64,000 bases of DNA from Klebsormidium nitens. Taxonomy: Eukaryota > Plantae > Klebsormidiophyceae. The notes beneath the pieces are model-generated. The model was not told the origin of the DNA. It saw only the letters and a list, made by a program, of their open reading frames with translations, and made no database searches. The position numbers were made by a program, and so were the translations under genes. The stretch lies in NCBI GenBank assembly GCA_000708835.1, contig DF237115.1, positions 62,001 to 126,000 on the forward strand, read 5' to 3'. Shown in pieces: positions 1-12,177 of this stretch. The stretch's first letter is position 1; each line of letters begins with the position of its first letter.

Positions 1-274
1 TTCTTAAGCAGAACAGTAGATGTACAATTCAGCGGTAATGACGGCTTACTTGAACATGCCAGCATGCTGCAAGTTGCGTGAGCCCAATGTTCTCCTCGGT
101 CTTCGCTGCGCCAGAACCTAAGAGAGCCCCATGCCATTCCAAGCAGCTCAAGAAATAATGCTGAAGGCCACACCGGCCGGAAGACTGTTGTTTGACCTGA
201 TAGGACATGCTAAGTCGTGCATGTACTGCAATCTTCTTACAGACCTAGAAAATGAGTCTTGATCGTGCTAAGGC

Positions 275-470
275 CCAGGGCAGTCAGGGTTGCCGCCAAG
301 AATGCAACAATGTAGGGTCACTGCCTCCCAGAATCAACTCTTGCATCACCGCAGTATTTTGCACTGCAACTCCTCGATGAATGGAACTCCAACCGTCTCA
401 AGGGCAGTCAGGATATCCGCTGATAATCTAACAGTGTAGGGTCACTACTTCCCGGAGTCAGCCACATTCT
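275..470. repeat. Degenerate direct duplication (~60 bp core)
   Basis: gggcagtcagggttgccgc...tgtagggtcactgcctcccagaatca (from ~278) versus gggcagtcaggatatccgc...tgtagggtcactacttcccggagtca (from ~402). Confidence 0.7.
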
Positions 471-513
471 TTTGCACGTCAGCTGTTGCAACATTGCCTG
501 GTCTTCTCTTCAG

Positions 514-3500
514 GTGACAACCTGTGGACCATCACTGATAGAGGCGCCAACTTGGACTGCCAGGGTGGCAACGCCCCTGGAGGTGGGTCATCTTAACGCT
601 GGAGAGGGCCTTTTTCTTGTGTCTGAGCTCAAACCTGTTCTTGTGTTCTGCCTGAGAAGAGGGCCCTGTGGCAAGCCACAGCTCAATCGCCCAACTCTGA
701 AGTAACCATGCTCTGAGCAGTTTGCACTTCATGCGTCTGGCGCTTTTGGGCACCACAGTGCCGACCGTCTTTGAGCCAACCAGAACAGCGTTTCTGCTGT
801 CGTCAAATTGTACATCTGGTGGAGTCTGAGTCGGCTGCTTCTGATCTGCTGCCTTGGCGCACGCACCTGTTCCTTTGAAGTAGTTTCCTATGTTGAGTCA
901 GGTCATGGCTCAGGGGCGGGTTAGGTTGGTTTGGGGGTTTAGGGCATGGAGCATTTAACCTTGGGTTTGAAGGTTTTCGTATGTTTGAGCGCAGGGATAT
1001 GTTTCTAACTCAACATAGGCCTAACTCAAGGTAAATGTAGGCGTGACTTTCTAGATGGAAGTGCTGGCTTGCCTCCTTTCAGAGTTTACCTGGATCTGAT
1101 CCAAAAGCCAGTCACCTGGCATGCCCTGCTTTGAGGAGCATCTTTGCTGGCGGGCGTAGAAAGCTGCCCCAACGGAGTCCACCAACTTTTGTTGCTATAC
1201 CTAGTTGAGACTAATCTCCCTTGTTTTCACAGGTGCTGCTGGCACCACCCTGTCCGCCGCGTGCCAAGCCACCAACACGGCGTGCACGGGGCCTGGCAAG
1301 GTGTTCCCGCTGCCCGGCTTTGCGCCCACCATTCAGCGGTGGAAGCTGCCCGATGTAAGTGTGCCGCGGTCGCGTAAAACCTGTTCCTTCTTGGCTCTCA
1401 AGCCACGGCATTGCACACATTTCACTCTTCTGTACGTGTCTGGTCTTTGGGACATATTTGCTCTTCAACTGAAAGTATTTTGATAACCAGGTCTTGTGGG
1501 GAACAGGGGAGAAACGCGAAGAACATGGGGTCACGTTTAGTGTTTCCATGAGAGTGGATTGCAGCGAGAGAATGTTTGCTGCGACCTCTTGCTGCTAGAA
1601 GGATTGAAAACGCGCAGGCACTGGATGCGGGCTGATTAGCAGCTCCTTAGCAGAACAGAAGGCAGCCTCTTGATGGGACTACATTATTGCCGGTTGCATG
1701 CGCTCAATAGTTATGCAGTCAGATATAAGCCCTAGCTGAGCTATGTTTTCAGTGGTTGCCATTTCCTTCCTCTAGAAAAGGAAAAAGCATGGTCCCCAGA
1801 TTGCTTTTCCAAGCATGGCTGAAGTCCCTGGACAGCTTGTCTTTCCTTTTTGGAATTTTCTTTCGACCCATTCCAACAATTGAGAAACTCAAGAAAGATA
1901 AGCATAATATCAAGATCTTACTGATTCAAGAAACACCACTCCAAACAGTACCTGTTCCGCACCCCTTACCCCCCCAACCGGCACCCTCCAACCCCCCGCA
2001 CCAGTACTCATCTCGTTGTGATCTTTGCTCGATGTTATCTTCCGTTGAGTTCGACTCACATACTTCCTCCTCAGCAGATCTGCGCCCTAGGCACACAAGA
2101 AGAAATCATTAGAAAAGAAAAGAAAAGGAAGACGAGCAAAAATGGAAGAAAGAAAAAATACGGAGAAGCACGTGTGCTTCCTGCGCAGGTGTTCACTGCC
2201 GCCTCCCCTGTCCCCGTCGAGACCATCACTCTGAAGAAGCTCAACGGTCAGACAATCAACGGGTTCCCCAATTTCGACAACCAGGACAACATCACCAGCA
2301 ACCCGAACCGCGTCCTCCTCACTGGAGAGGGTGGGTACGGCCCCGACTTCCAGAAGGTCGGCCCCGATCCGTTTGGACTGGACACCGAGTCCATCGTTGT
2401 GGTAAGTGTATTTTTCGAGAACACTTGTGAGGAGCGCAAGTTTAGATAGGAACGAACTTAACACTAGAATCTTCAACCTGGAAAAGTTGCCCGCTTTAAG
2501 CCCAAGCGCACCCACAGTCCCCATACCAACCCCGCCCATCACAGGATGTCGTATCATAGTTTGCGCTCATATGAACTAGGTCTGGTGTATATTCAGGAGA
2601 ACCTGACCGGTGTTCACTGCTGTCTTCACTAGCCCGGCTTGACAGCTGTCAACTCGAGCTGAGCTTGGCTTGACACCTGTCAAAATGGGGCTAGCAAACT
2701 TCGAGATCTGCTGTTTGCGTGGTGCAGAATTGCAAGCTTGGAGTAGAAAAGCTAGGTCGAGTTTATTTTGAATCTTTTCCCTGCACCATATCTTCTCATG
2801 CGTCTGGCACCAGACGCGCCCAGCACTAGCAACCCCGCTCCTCACTGCTTCATCGTCCGATTACAGACGTCCGCCAATGCGGACGGCACCGGCGCCACGT
2901 TCTGGGTGTCCGAGGAGTACGGTCCCAGCATCGCCCAGGTGGCGTCCGACGGCAGGATCCTGGGCCGCCACGTGCCAGCTGGCGTTGTGTTCGACGCCTA
3001 CAACGCACGCGCTGCGCCGATCCTCGCTGCCAACCCTACCAATGGGTACGTACCAGACACGCCTTTTCTTCTTGCTCATTCTTCTTGTCTGCATTATGTT
3101 GTTTTCAGGGGACAAGCTTTACTTGCTCAGTTGCGAGCTTGGCGCTGAGAAGTCGGCTACTTCCTGCATTCTCGTGGTTAGCCTTTGGGAGCCCGTGAGT
3201 CCTACAGGAAAGTCGTCAGCATATTGCACAAGATTCAGCCTTCGAAAAAGGACTGCCAACTGGGGTGTGGTTGGCAGGGGATGCACTGAGCATGGACACA
3301 TCGAACAGAAGCGCCGACGACCTTGATTCGTTGTTGTTTGTCGTCGTACTTCCAGACACGAAGGCTCATCCTCTCTGATATCGTCACAAAGCAAAGACGG
3401 ATGCAACACTCTATTCAGTCTCTGGTGTCTGATCAGAGCCTGTCTTTCGAGTCTGACAGAGGAGTTTCAGCACGAACTGAAAACCACCTCTTCCCCTGAA

Positions 3501-6500
3501 GTAGTGACTAACCGACGTCGAACCTGCTTTGCAGATACCCCATCTACCCCACCTTCCCTTCGATCCTGGTTAAGCGCGAGCTTAACCGCGGGTTCGAGAA
3601 CCTGGCCTACTTCGGCAAGTACCTGTACGCGATTCTGCAGGTTGGCAGCAAACCCAATCAGTCCGTTTCGCATGATTGGTTCTGGTTGTTTTCTTTTCTC
3701 GTACACTCGAGCCACAGCATGTGAGCCCTTTATCTGCGACCCTCTCAAGCTGTTCTGCAATTCTGAGAGAATTGGTTGTTTCCCGTCACAAAGAAGCACG
3801 TGCAGATTAGCGTACTTTTTGCCAGTGCTTTCTGGTCTAGCTTGGCCATCTGTTCCGGTTGCAATCAAGTGGAGATGGCAAAGAGTGGGAATTGCAACAC
3901 GATGCTGTATTCTTCTTTGTATCTTTCCCTGATTCGAAAAAGGGAGAGCCGAGTTGCAGGCTCGAAAGGATAGTTAAGAACCAAGCAGAGCCTATCATTG
4001 CAATTCAGTAAAATCGCCACATGCTGTCTCCTCCTCTGTAACCTCTCCCTTAGTTTGGAAATGGAAGAGCCGATTTACCAGCTGAACAGAAGTAACGAAT
4101 CAAGCTGATTCCAATTCTGCGTCTCATCTGAGTCTCTTTCTCGGTCCGAACTTGACTCTGAATCTTTCCTCTCATTCGACAGAGTCCCATGGCCAACCCC
4201 ACGGTCGCGATTGGCAGGCAGTCACTGATTGCACGCCTGTTCAAGCTGGAGCTTGACGCGTCTGCACCCGGTGAGGCCCAGGTTGTGCCTATAAGTTTCA
4301 TTTTGTGACAAAGTGACTGTGATAATTTCTTTTCTTTCTGTGGCCTCGTGTCTTCCTAGAAGGCTGCGTTTGCAGAGCATCCAGTGCGAGCAGGCACCTC
4401 AGTCGAAGGACTTCACCTAATAGCTCAAGTATCGGAGGAAGGGCAAAAGTAGGAAAAACTGATTTGAAGTGGCACCGAGTCCCCAAGAACGTTATGAACC
4501 TCCTCAATCGCGAAGGGCTTGCCATTACGGAGAGGATCCTTTTCGACTGAGTCGTCGACGAACTTTTCGTCTTAAAAATGTGGCTAAGCTGGCCTGGCTA
4601 GCCTGCCCGCAAAGCGACGCTTGGGATTTACCCTTTCAAGGAATTTTTGGCGACTCTCTCAGTGTACGAAGGTGCACGGCAGGCTTCTGATCTGAGTAGT
4701 ACATCGTCAGTGCCAATCAAGGTCGTTTGCCGATTCGATATCCCGCCTGCCGACTCTCCTGGTCCGTAATTTCCGCTGCCTTCCGGCGGGTTCCGCTCGG
4801 ACGACGGACACTTGTTTCCCCCGGATTCTGCTCTCACACTGACTTTAGCCGAATTGCGCTTGCACACTGACTTCTGGCGATCCGCTCGCACACCGACTTC
4901 CGACAGATTCCGCTCACACGCTGCCTTCCTCCGCATTCCGCGCGAGTGCCCGCCAGATTCCGCTCGAATTCCCGCCAGATTCCGCTCGCACACTGACTCC
5001 GGCCGGATTCCGCTCGCACGCTGACTTCCGCCGGATTCCGCTCGCGCAGGCGGCGTGAAGCTCATCGGCGAGTACATCTACTTCCTGGAGAAGGTCGGCA
5101 CGTTCCCGCAGGACGCGGGCGCCAGCCAGAGCGCCATCAAGCTGGGCGAGGCGACCGCGATCGCGGAGGACGTCATGCTGGTCGACGAGCACGTCACCCT
5201 GCAGTCCAAGCTCTTCAGGGTAGGTCTTCTCCCATTTTTTCGACAAAGAATATCGGAGTAAGAAAATTGGGCTGAACCGAGTGCGCAGACCAGAGCTTTT
5301 CAGGGTGGGTCGACGCGCCTCCAAAGAAGCGACAGAATTCTCTGCATCGTTCACAGGAAATTGCGATCTGGACTTCTAATCTGCTCATCGGTAAAATTTA
5401 GCAATGAGAGGAGGTTTAAAAATTGCGGCTGTCGCTCCGTTTGCCGGACCCCTCTTAACACTCTTCTGCTTCGGTCGTGACTTGCTTAGCCAGAGCGCCC
5501 TCGTTTGGTCCTTGAGTTCGTGTAGATTGCAGGAAGGTGGCAAATCATACACGTGGTCGAGTGGGGGATCGTTTCAGTCCAAAAAACGGATCTGAATGCA
5601 GTTACAGTCAACCATTTACCATTCTAGCATTCAATTCAATGACTTCGCGGGCCAGAGGGCAAAGACGAGTTTGTCCTTGTCCACGAACGCTTGGCTTCTT
5701 GCTTCCTACGCGGTTTCGACGTCAAGCGCTCTCGCAGGGCCGTGGGCACACGCGTCAAAAGCGAAGATGTTTCAGTCGTAGCACAGGAGGTCACCCGCTT
5801 TTCTTCCCCAGAGAAACGCATCGGGACTCGAAGCTTTGCGAATTGTTGTCTGAATAGAACGTGTTGTGTTGCAGATCGACCTCACTGGCGCAACCAACAG
5901 TCTGGGCTCCAAGTGGGACCATATTTTGCAGTCCCCCACCCTCGATGAGTCTTCAAAGCCAGATGCCCTTAAACCCCCGATTCAAAACCCTGAACAGTAA
6001 CCAAATGTACTCGTCGTGCAGATTGACGTTACTGGCGCCACCAACATTCTGGGCTCCAAGTGGGACGACGTACTGCAGTCCCCCACCCTCGACAAGTCTC
6101 TAAATCCAGAAACCCTTACCCCCCCGATTTAGAACCCTTCGTAATGAATTAAACTCTAGGTCGTAATGAAGTAAAGTCAAATCGTAACCAAACATATTCG
6201 TCGGCAGATTGACCTCACTGGCGCGACCAACATTCTGGGCTCCAAGTGGGACGACGTTCTGCAGTCCCCCACCCTCGAGCAGCTGGAGCCCGCCAGCTCT
6301 GCCACCCCCGGCTCCAATCTTGCGGCCAACGGTACGTACCTCTTGCCTTCTTGGGTAATGATCTTGCAGGTCCTACGGCCAACGGTACATCCCGCTTTCC
6401 TGCTTGGGTAGTGACCGATAAGCTCATGCGATCAACCAAACTTTTTCCTCCTCTGGTAGTGATCGGGAAGACCTGTACTACAGCCAAAGACTGCCAGAAC

Positions 6501-8996
6501 GAATCTAAGGAGGACCTAGACTCCCGGCCAAACTTCGCGAGCCCCTTGGGCTAAAACCACGGGGGATCGACGGTCCGATGAAAAAAACAGACAATTTGGA
6601 ACCGTCGATTCGAAGGGTTATATTTCAGAGGGTCCCTTAAAAGCTGGCCCGGAATCCGGATCCTCCTTCCATCCGACTTTTGCAAGTACGTTCTTCTTCC
6701 ATCCGTTCTGGTCAGCTCTGTCTTTCTCAACCCTCTAAGGCTCCCCCTCGACAGTTCTTGCGGTCAGACGTGCTGCTCGGCCCATGCAAAAACGATGAGT
6801 CTCTGTGCGCTGCCGCTTTTTGTGGGTACCCATGGAGACCGGTTCCCACGTCGACGCTTGCGGTTCCTTCTGGAGGTCATACGTCACGGAGCGCTGGGCG
6901 CTTTTTCATGGTCGGTTTGCGGGCTCGTTAGAAGTTGATGATATGTCCAACGGCCAAAACTAAGCAGAGCGCAAGCGCGTAACATGATTACAGCCCGGGT
7001 ATTGGTCGAAGAGCCAGACTCAAGTCTGGTTACAAGGAACTACTATTACCCAATCCCTATGTGTGCGCGAAGCACTCATTTAGCTGACACGTGGCGCCCC
7101 GTGCAGGCATCGTCCCCGTGCAGAAGGTCCTGGCCTTCGACTCCTTCGCGGACGACCCGCCCTCGTCAGGATCAAAATTCCACTGTGCACGTGGCACTCA
7201 ATCTGACTGACACGTGGCGCCCCGTGCAGGCATCGTCCCCGTGAAGAAGGTCCTGGCCTTCGACTCACTCACCGACGACCCGCCCTCATCAGAATTTAAT
7301 CTTCTTGTACACGTGGCACTCAATTTGACTGAGACGTGGCGCCCCGTGCAGGCATCGTCCCCGTGAAGAAGGTCCTGGCGTTCGACTCCTTCACCGACGA
7401 CCCGCCGTCGTCCGGCCAGCCCCAACTCCCGGTTAAGATCGAGGCGACCGGAATCGTCGGTAACCCGTTCGACGCCGCTAACCCCGCCCAGCTCATCCTC
7501 ATCAACGACAACGATTTCGGCATCGCCGGGGACTTGACCCGGTTTACTCTTTTCAACGTCGCCGCGTCGACTTACCAGACGGTTTCCGACGCTCCCGCGC
7601 CCGCCCCGGCTTCGACGAATGCTACCGCTACCCCGACCCCCACACCGACTGCGACCCCGCTTAACTGCATCTCGAGCTTCGCCGCGGGGAGCACTTGCGA
7701 CCCCTTTGGGGCCACCCCTAACCAGGTGAGTGTGACGCTGACGCGTTCGCTCTGACGAAAGGGGACGTCAGAACAAGAAACGCGACGTAAGTGTGACTCG
7801 GAGACTTGAACACCTGTGCAGTGATCGGGCCGATTTGTTCTGCGTGTCTGTCTTTTCCGTCGACGTCGTTCCTCTCGAGCGAACGCTTTCGAGTTTTCGT
7901 CTTTTCTTCGGTCGTCGTCTCTCCGAAGCGAACCTTCTGCACGGTCACTAAACGATCGGTCCTGCCACTGTCGAGAGGCACCAACCTGCTAGTGCTTCAC
8001 CCTCTCTGTTTTTTTCCGTACATCGCACAGGTCTGCCACGCACAAGTTTGCACTAGCAGTCAATCGGTCTCCTAGACATCGACCTGACCGTCACCCTCGA
8101 CTCATCCCCTATCGCTGCCGCCTTCACAACGCTGCTTTAACATTGGTTTCTACACTATTCCCTTCTCTCTCTTTTCTTTTCAAAGCCGGCTCTTCCTACT
8201 CTAATCCCTCATCCGATCGTCCTCCTCTAATCCTTCCTCTCATCTCTCCTTCCGCCAGTGCTTCAACAACGCCGGTTCCTCCTACACCTGCTGCGCCGGC
8301 AGCTGCGGTTCCCCCCCCGGCGCCGTGGCCTACTGCACGGGGCAAGTCCCCGGGACCACCCCCGTCTGCGGCTCCACCCCTGCTCCGACCCCTGCCGGTA
8401 CCCCCGCCGGTACACCCGCCGGTACCCCTGCTGGTACCCCTGCCGGTACCCCTGCTGGTACCCCTGCTGGTACCCCTGCCGGTACACCCGCCGGTACCCC
8501 TGCTGGTACGCCTGCCGGTACCCCTGCCGCGACCACCGGCGCCCCGGGCCCGACCGCTTTTCCGGTTGGCGGCACGTGCGACGCCGGCAGCAGCCTGCCT
8601 AACCAGGTGGGCGATCGTTTGCTCGGGTGTGCGTTGGTTGATAAAGAACGGTTCCGCAGTCTGTTCTTTCGTTCCGTTTGCCTCTGCTTAGCGAGCGAAG
8701 TGCGCCTCCTTGCCTCTCAAGCTCGCTGGTTGAGTTTGAGTGGGTTGTTCTGCCCCGATCATAGAGTTACCGGTACTGATGAAACGACTCCTTCGATGTT
8801 TAGCTGGTGAGCACCAGAAGTCGTGTTCCCTTAGGTTGAGTGCAGCCGTCTCCTCCTTTTTGCCGCTGGAGGCCCTTCCATTTAAACCGAGTCTGTGCTT
8901 TACTTTCCGCAGTGCTTCAACGCCGACGGATCCAAGTACCTTTGCTGCCCTGCCGCGTGCGGAAGCCCCCCTGCCGCCCTGCCTTTCTGCGCTTAG
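514..8996 (+). CDS. Secreted phytase-like esterase (PF13449-type), paralog A, with C-terminal Pro/Thr linkers and two Cys-rich modules; first (signal-peptide) exon not found, probably upstream of the window
   Basis: Phase-consistent GT-AG exons: 514-592, 1233-1354, 2189-2401, 2867-3045, 3535-3640, 4183-4270, 5050-5219, 6208-6331, 7352-7725, 8259-8606, 8913-8996 (TAG). Family motifs LWTITDRGAN, DTESIV, FWVSEEYGPSI, RELNRGFENLA, ILQSPM and INDNDFG. Colinear exon by exon with paralog B. Confidence 0.85.
4785..5049 (+). repeat. Intronic ~27-28 bp minisatellite built from the branch-point/acceptor segment
   Basis: About ten degenerate units of (c)cggattccgctcgcacactgactt; the last unit ends in cgcag, the acceptor of exon 5050. 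Confidence 0.85.
5860..6207 (+). repeat. Two truncated copies (acceptor plus ~70 nt) of exon 6208, upstream of the intact exon
   Basis: cag|ATCGACCTCACTGGCGCAACC at 5875 and cag|ATTGACGTTACTGGCGCCACC at 6022 versus the intact cag|ATTGACCTCACTGGCGCGACC at 6208; both copies run into stop codons. Confidence 0.9.
7080..7351 (+). repeat. Two truncated copies of the start of exon 7352 (period 122-123 bp)
   Basis: gtggcgccccgtgcag|GCATCGTCCCCGTG occurs with exon-start positions 7107, 7230 and 7352. Confidence 0.9.
8388..8531 (+). repeat. Coding 12-bp minisatellite, (TPAG)11-TPAA linker
   Basis: acc cc(t/c) gc(c/t) ggt units read directly from the sequence. Confidence 0.95.
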
Positions 8997-11900
8997 GTGT
9001 TCGGGCCGAGGGTTTTGGGCCAATCGCGCCGAGACTTCCTATAGTAGGTAATATTCGAGTTGGTGATATTTTAGTTCGCGTGGTCACACTCCGAGTCCCA
9101 CGATCCCACTGTCAAGAGTCGTCTAAGCGAGGACATTCAGATGAGCTGGCAATAATGAGTGCGCGAACCGCGCGGTGGCATTTCGAGCTCCCCTGTCAGG
9201 AGTCCTTAGCGAAGAGAATAGTAATCGGAGTTGCTGTGACCGTAGAAGGGCTTCGTGGCGAGTTTCTCGAGTTGTCGTATTTATGTCAGCGTTGCCTCCG
9301 ATGAAAGTTGAGGAGAGAGCAGCCAAACGGTTTTGTTCCTTGAGTCAATTTTGAGAGTAGTGTCAGGGATCTTGAGTTGTCAATGAGCTCTTTAAATGCG
9401 TGGGTACGTTGATGACTGAACACCTGATTATGGAGTCAATGAACGCTACGTTTGAGTTATATTATTCAATTTTACACAAAACATTCATACTTATATCCAT
9501 TCAGGATTGGAACGGACCGTGTTCAATAACGCGGTCGCTTCTTTTCTTCGACAAGTTCCACAGAATGCTTCTTGCTCAAACCCGATTGTGGCGCGCAGTC
9601 TTATTGAATTGAACCCATGCTTGTGTGTACTACTTGCGATATTCAGATCTTAAAGCTTTCACCTTCGTACTTTCCAGTGACTAAAATAGAGCATTTTCGG
9701 AAGCTCGTGCAAACCCGGGTATTGTACAAGTATGGCCCCGCAGATAGTTACTATGTTGTGATCGGCCTGCTGCAGAAGAGTTTACCTTGACTATATAGAC
9801 CCGACAGTCAATCCAGAATGGAAAAAAGGGCCGCCGGGCTGCAATTGCTGTATGCCAATGATGCTTGTAATTGGTGATCGAAGTAAATTAGCAGTACGGC
9901 AAGCAAAGTACGACTACAATCCACAGATCTGGGTAGTTCCAGAGGCCGAGCCCCCTGGAAACTAGAAGGCTGATTCAGGAATAAAAGATGAGGCATGGTT
10001 CTGGTCTCAAATGAAGAGCTCGGTAGAGGACTAGCTACGAAGGTTCATGAATCATTCCTATATTTGAACAGAGCAGAGCAAAGAACAAAATGACAGGCCG
10101 TTTCCGTTTGTTACTCTGAGTGCCGATTAAGTGGCTGCCGGAGCATGATAAAGCCGCGATCATCCTGATCAATCTATTGATGTATACGTCACTTGCGCCC
10201 GGGTGGTGCACTTAGGGGATGAGCTCAGGTAACTGATGCCTTTGCAAGCCATGACGGTTGCAACTGTTGGAAAACGTGCAGCACTAGCTGGCCACTAGCT
10301 GATCATGATGCACGCCGGCCGTTGACAAATTAGCTCGATCCTTAGTCGAGTTTCGATCCGACGACCCCGGCCGGCCATGAGGCGCGGCCGCGCGGGGGCG
10401 GGGGGCGGCCGCCTGGACCGCGCGGCCGGAAACCGACGGAATGATCATGCAAGCGGAATCAGATCGACAGCCTACATAGTATGCCCGAGCCGCGAATCCC
10501 CAATATTAATACAAATGATTGAGACGGAATCTTTTTGGAATCCTTTACCGAAGAGCCTAGCTGCAGCCTGCATATGTGCAAGTCCGCCTGTGTTTGTGTG
10601 CATCAGCTGTAAATTCCTCCTAGAATTCCGCCCCGGCTTCTTGAATCTTGGTATACAGTCTCAGTCTTGGGTGAGATCCAATGGCAATACCATTTAAGTG
10701 ACCTTCTGACCAGTCTATCCAGTTGGGGACCAGTTGGTAGGCAGGACAAGGTAGGTAGGTTTGTATCGGGCCCTGGAGCCCAGTGCTGTGAAGGAGCTCT
10801 GATGTACCCATGTCGAATCAAGTTCCCATGCAGCACAGTTGTTCCGCGTGTCCGCTCACAAAACGCGAAGAGGGCAATAACCGCACGGCCTCTTGTTTTC
10901 TGCTCTACAAGGCGTCAGTGTTGAAAGGTGAGCGCACGCTCTCCTTCTCTCGAGTTGTGGCAGCTTTGCTTTGTTTTCCTGCTATGTTGGAGAACTAGAA
11001 AGTTGTCCTGGCTCTGGCTTTCAATCCTGCCTGGCCATCCACCCTTGATGAAAATCCGAAGATGGAGCATATAAGTGGCTTCCACGGGTCTGGAGGCACT
11101 CACTGACTGCACTCTACATTTGACTTTCTATGCTGTGCACTTTGTCTAGCTCTATGATCCAAAACCTTTGACTTGTAATAGTAAAAGCAGTATCCTCAGA
11201 AAGCTCCCAGAGCTCAATAATACGAGCTCAGAGTACTCTGCTGTTTTCTGCTTCATGTTCTATGATCTTGTCTTCAGTAAGATCTTTCAAGGCATGCTTA
11301 CTAGCACCACGTTACTCTTGTCTGCGGCGATGCAATGCACACCAACACTCGACATGAAGTAAGAGCAATGCTGTCTCCGGTTGGCCTTTGTGAGCTTTCA
11401 ATAGTAGGTTGCTGGCACCTCATTGCAAAGACTGTCAGGTCCTTGGAGGGGAGGGAAAGACAACTTGTTATCCTTATTTGAACTTCTTGCAGCATTTTGG
11501 GATATCAAGTCTGAAAACCGCATGCTGTATGAAAGATGCAGGAGGCGCCACATACTGTCAGCATATAACAGCATCTCAAGTGGACAATTCTGCATACCTC
11601 CAGACTTTCTTCTCAGTACCTTCATGACTGGGGTCCTTTCAGCAACTTTTGACTGGAATTCAGAAACAACACAAATTCTAGCTTTCATCTTGTGGTTCAG
11701 TAAGACAGACCTGGCGCCGCAAGGCCCCAACTTTGTTTATCACAAGACTATACCACTGACAGGCCGACCAGTCACAGGACTGTCCCATCTGCATGCCCTC
11801 AACATTGTGCGATGAGTCAAATCGGGAGTCTTCTTGTGCCTGAAGGACATTGTGCACACACACACGAGCCCGGTATAAATGGGTCGGCAACGCCAACAGT

Positions 11901-12177
11901 CCGAAGATATAAGAGTCCGGTCTCGGTCAGTGGCAGTCAGGCTGCGCTAAGCCGCCCTTTGAGACTCTGCCTTCTCAACAGAAACTGAATGCCACCACTC
12001 TCAACTCAGACAGCCAAGCTGAATCGCCTTGCGTCGCCTTTGCCCTGCAGATTTACTAAGCCTGGTTCCCTTAGGTTCTCACATTCTCCCACCATTGCCC
12101 ACCATTGCTCAAGCCCCTAGCTCAGGGAGAAGTCAAAAAGCTCAGCAGCAGCTCTTCTCTGTCCTGCAGGATTTTCA

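Noticed and set aside
915-945. Telomere-like ggttagg/gggtttaggg
   Set aside because: Single degenerate units, not an array.
10383-10394. CGCGGCCGCGCG also present at 58418-58429, both upstream of module-bearing genes
   Set aside because: A low-complexity GC 12-mer can recur by chance in 64 kb, and the flanks do not align.
11000-12000. Several 100-130 aa ORFs upstream of paralog B, and similar ones at 42200-43300
   Set aside because: No recognisable motifs, coding bias or consistent splice structure; no transposase or reverse transcriptase motifs were seen anywhere in the window.
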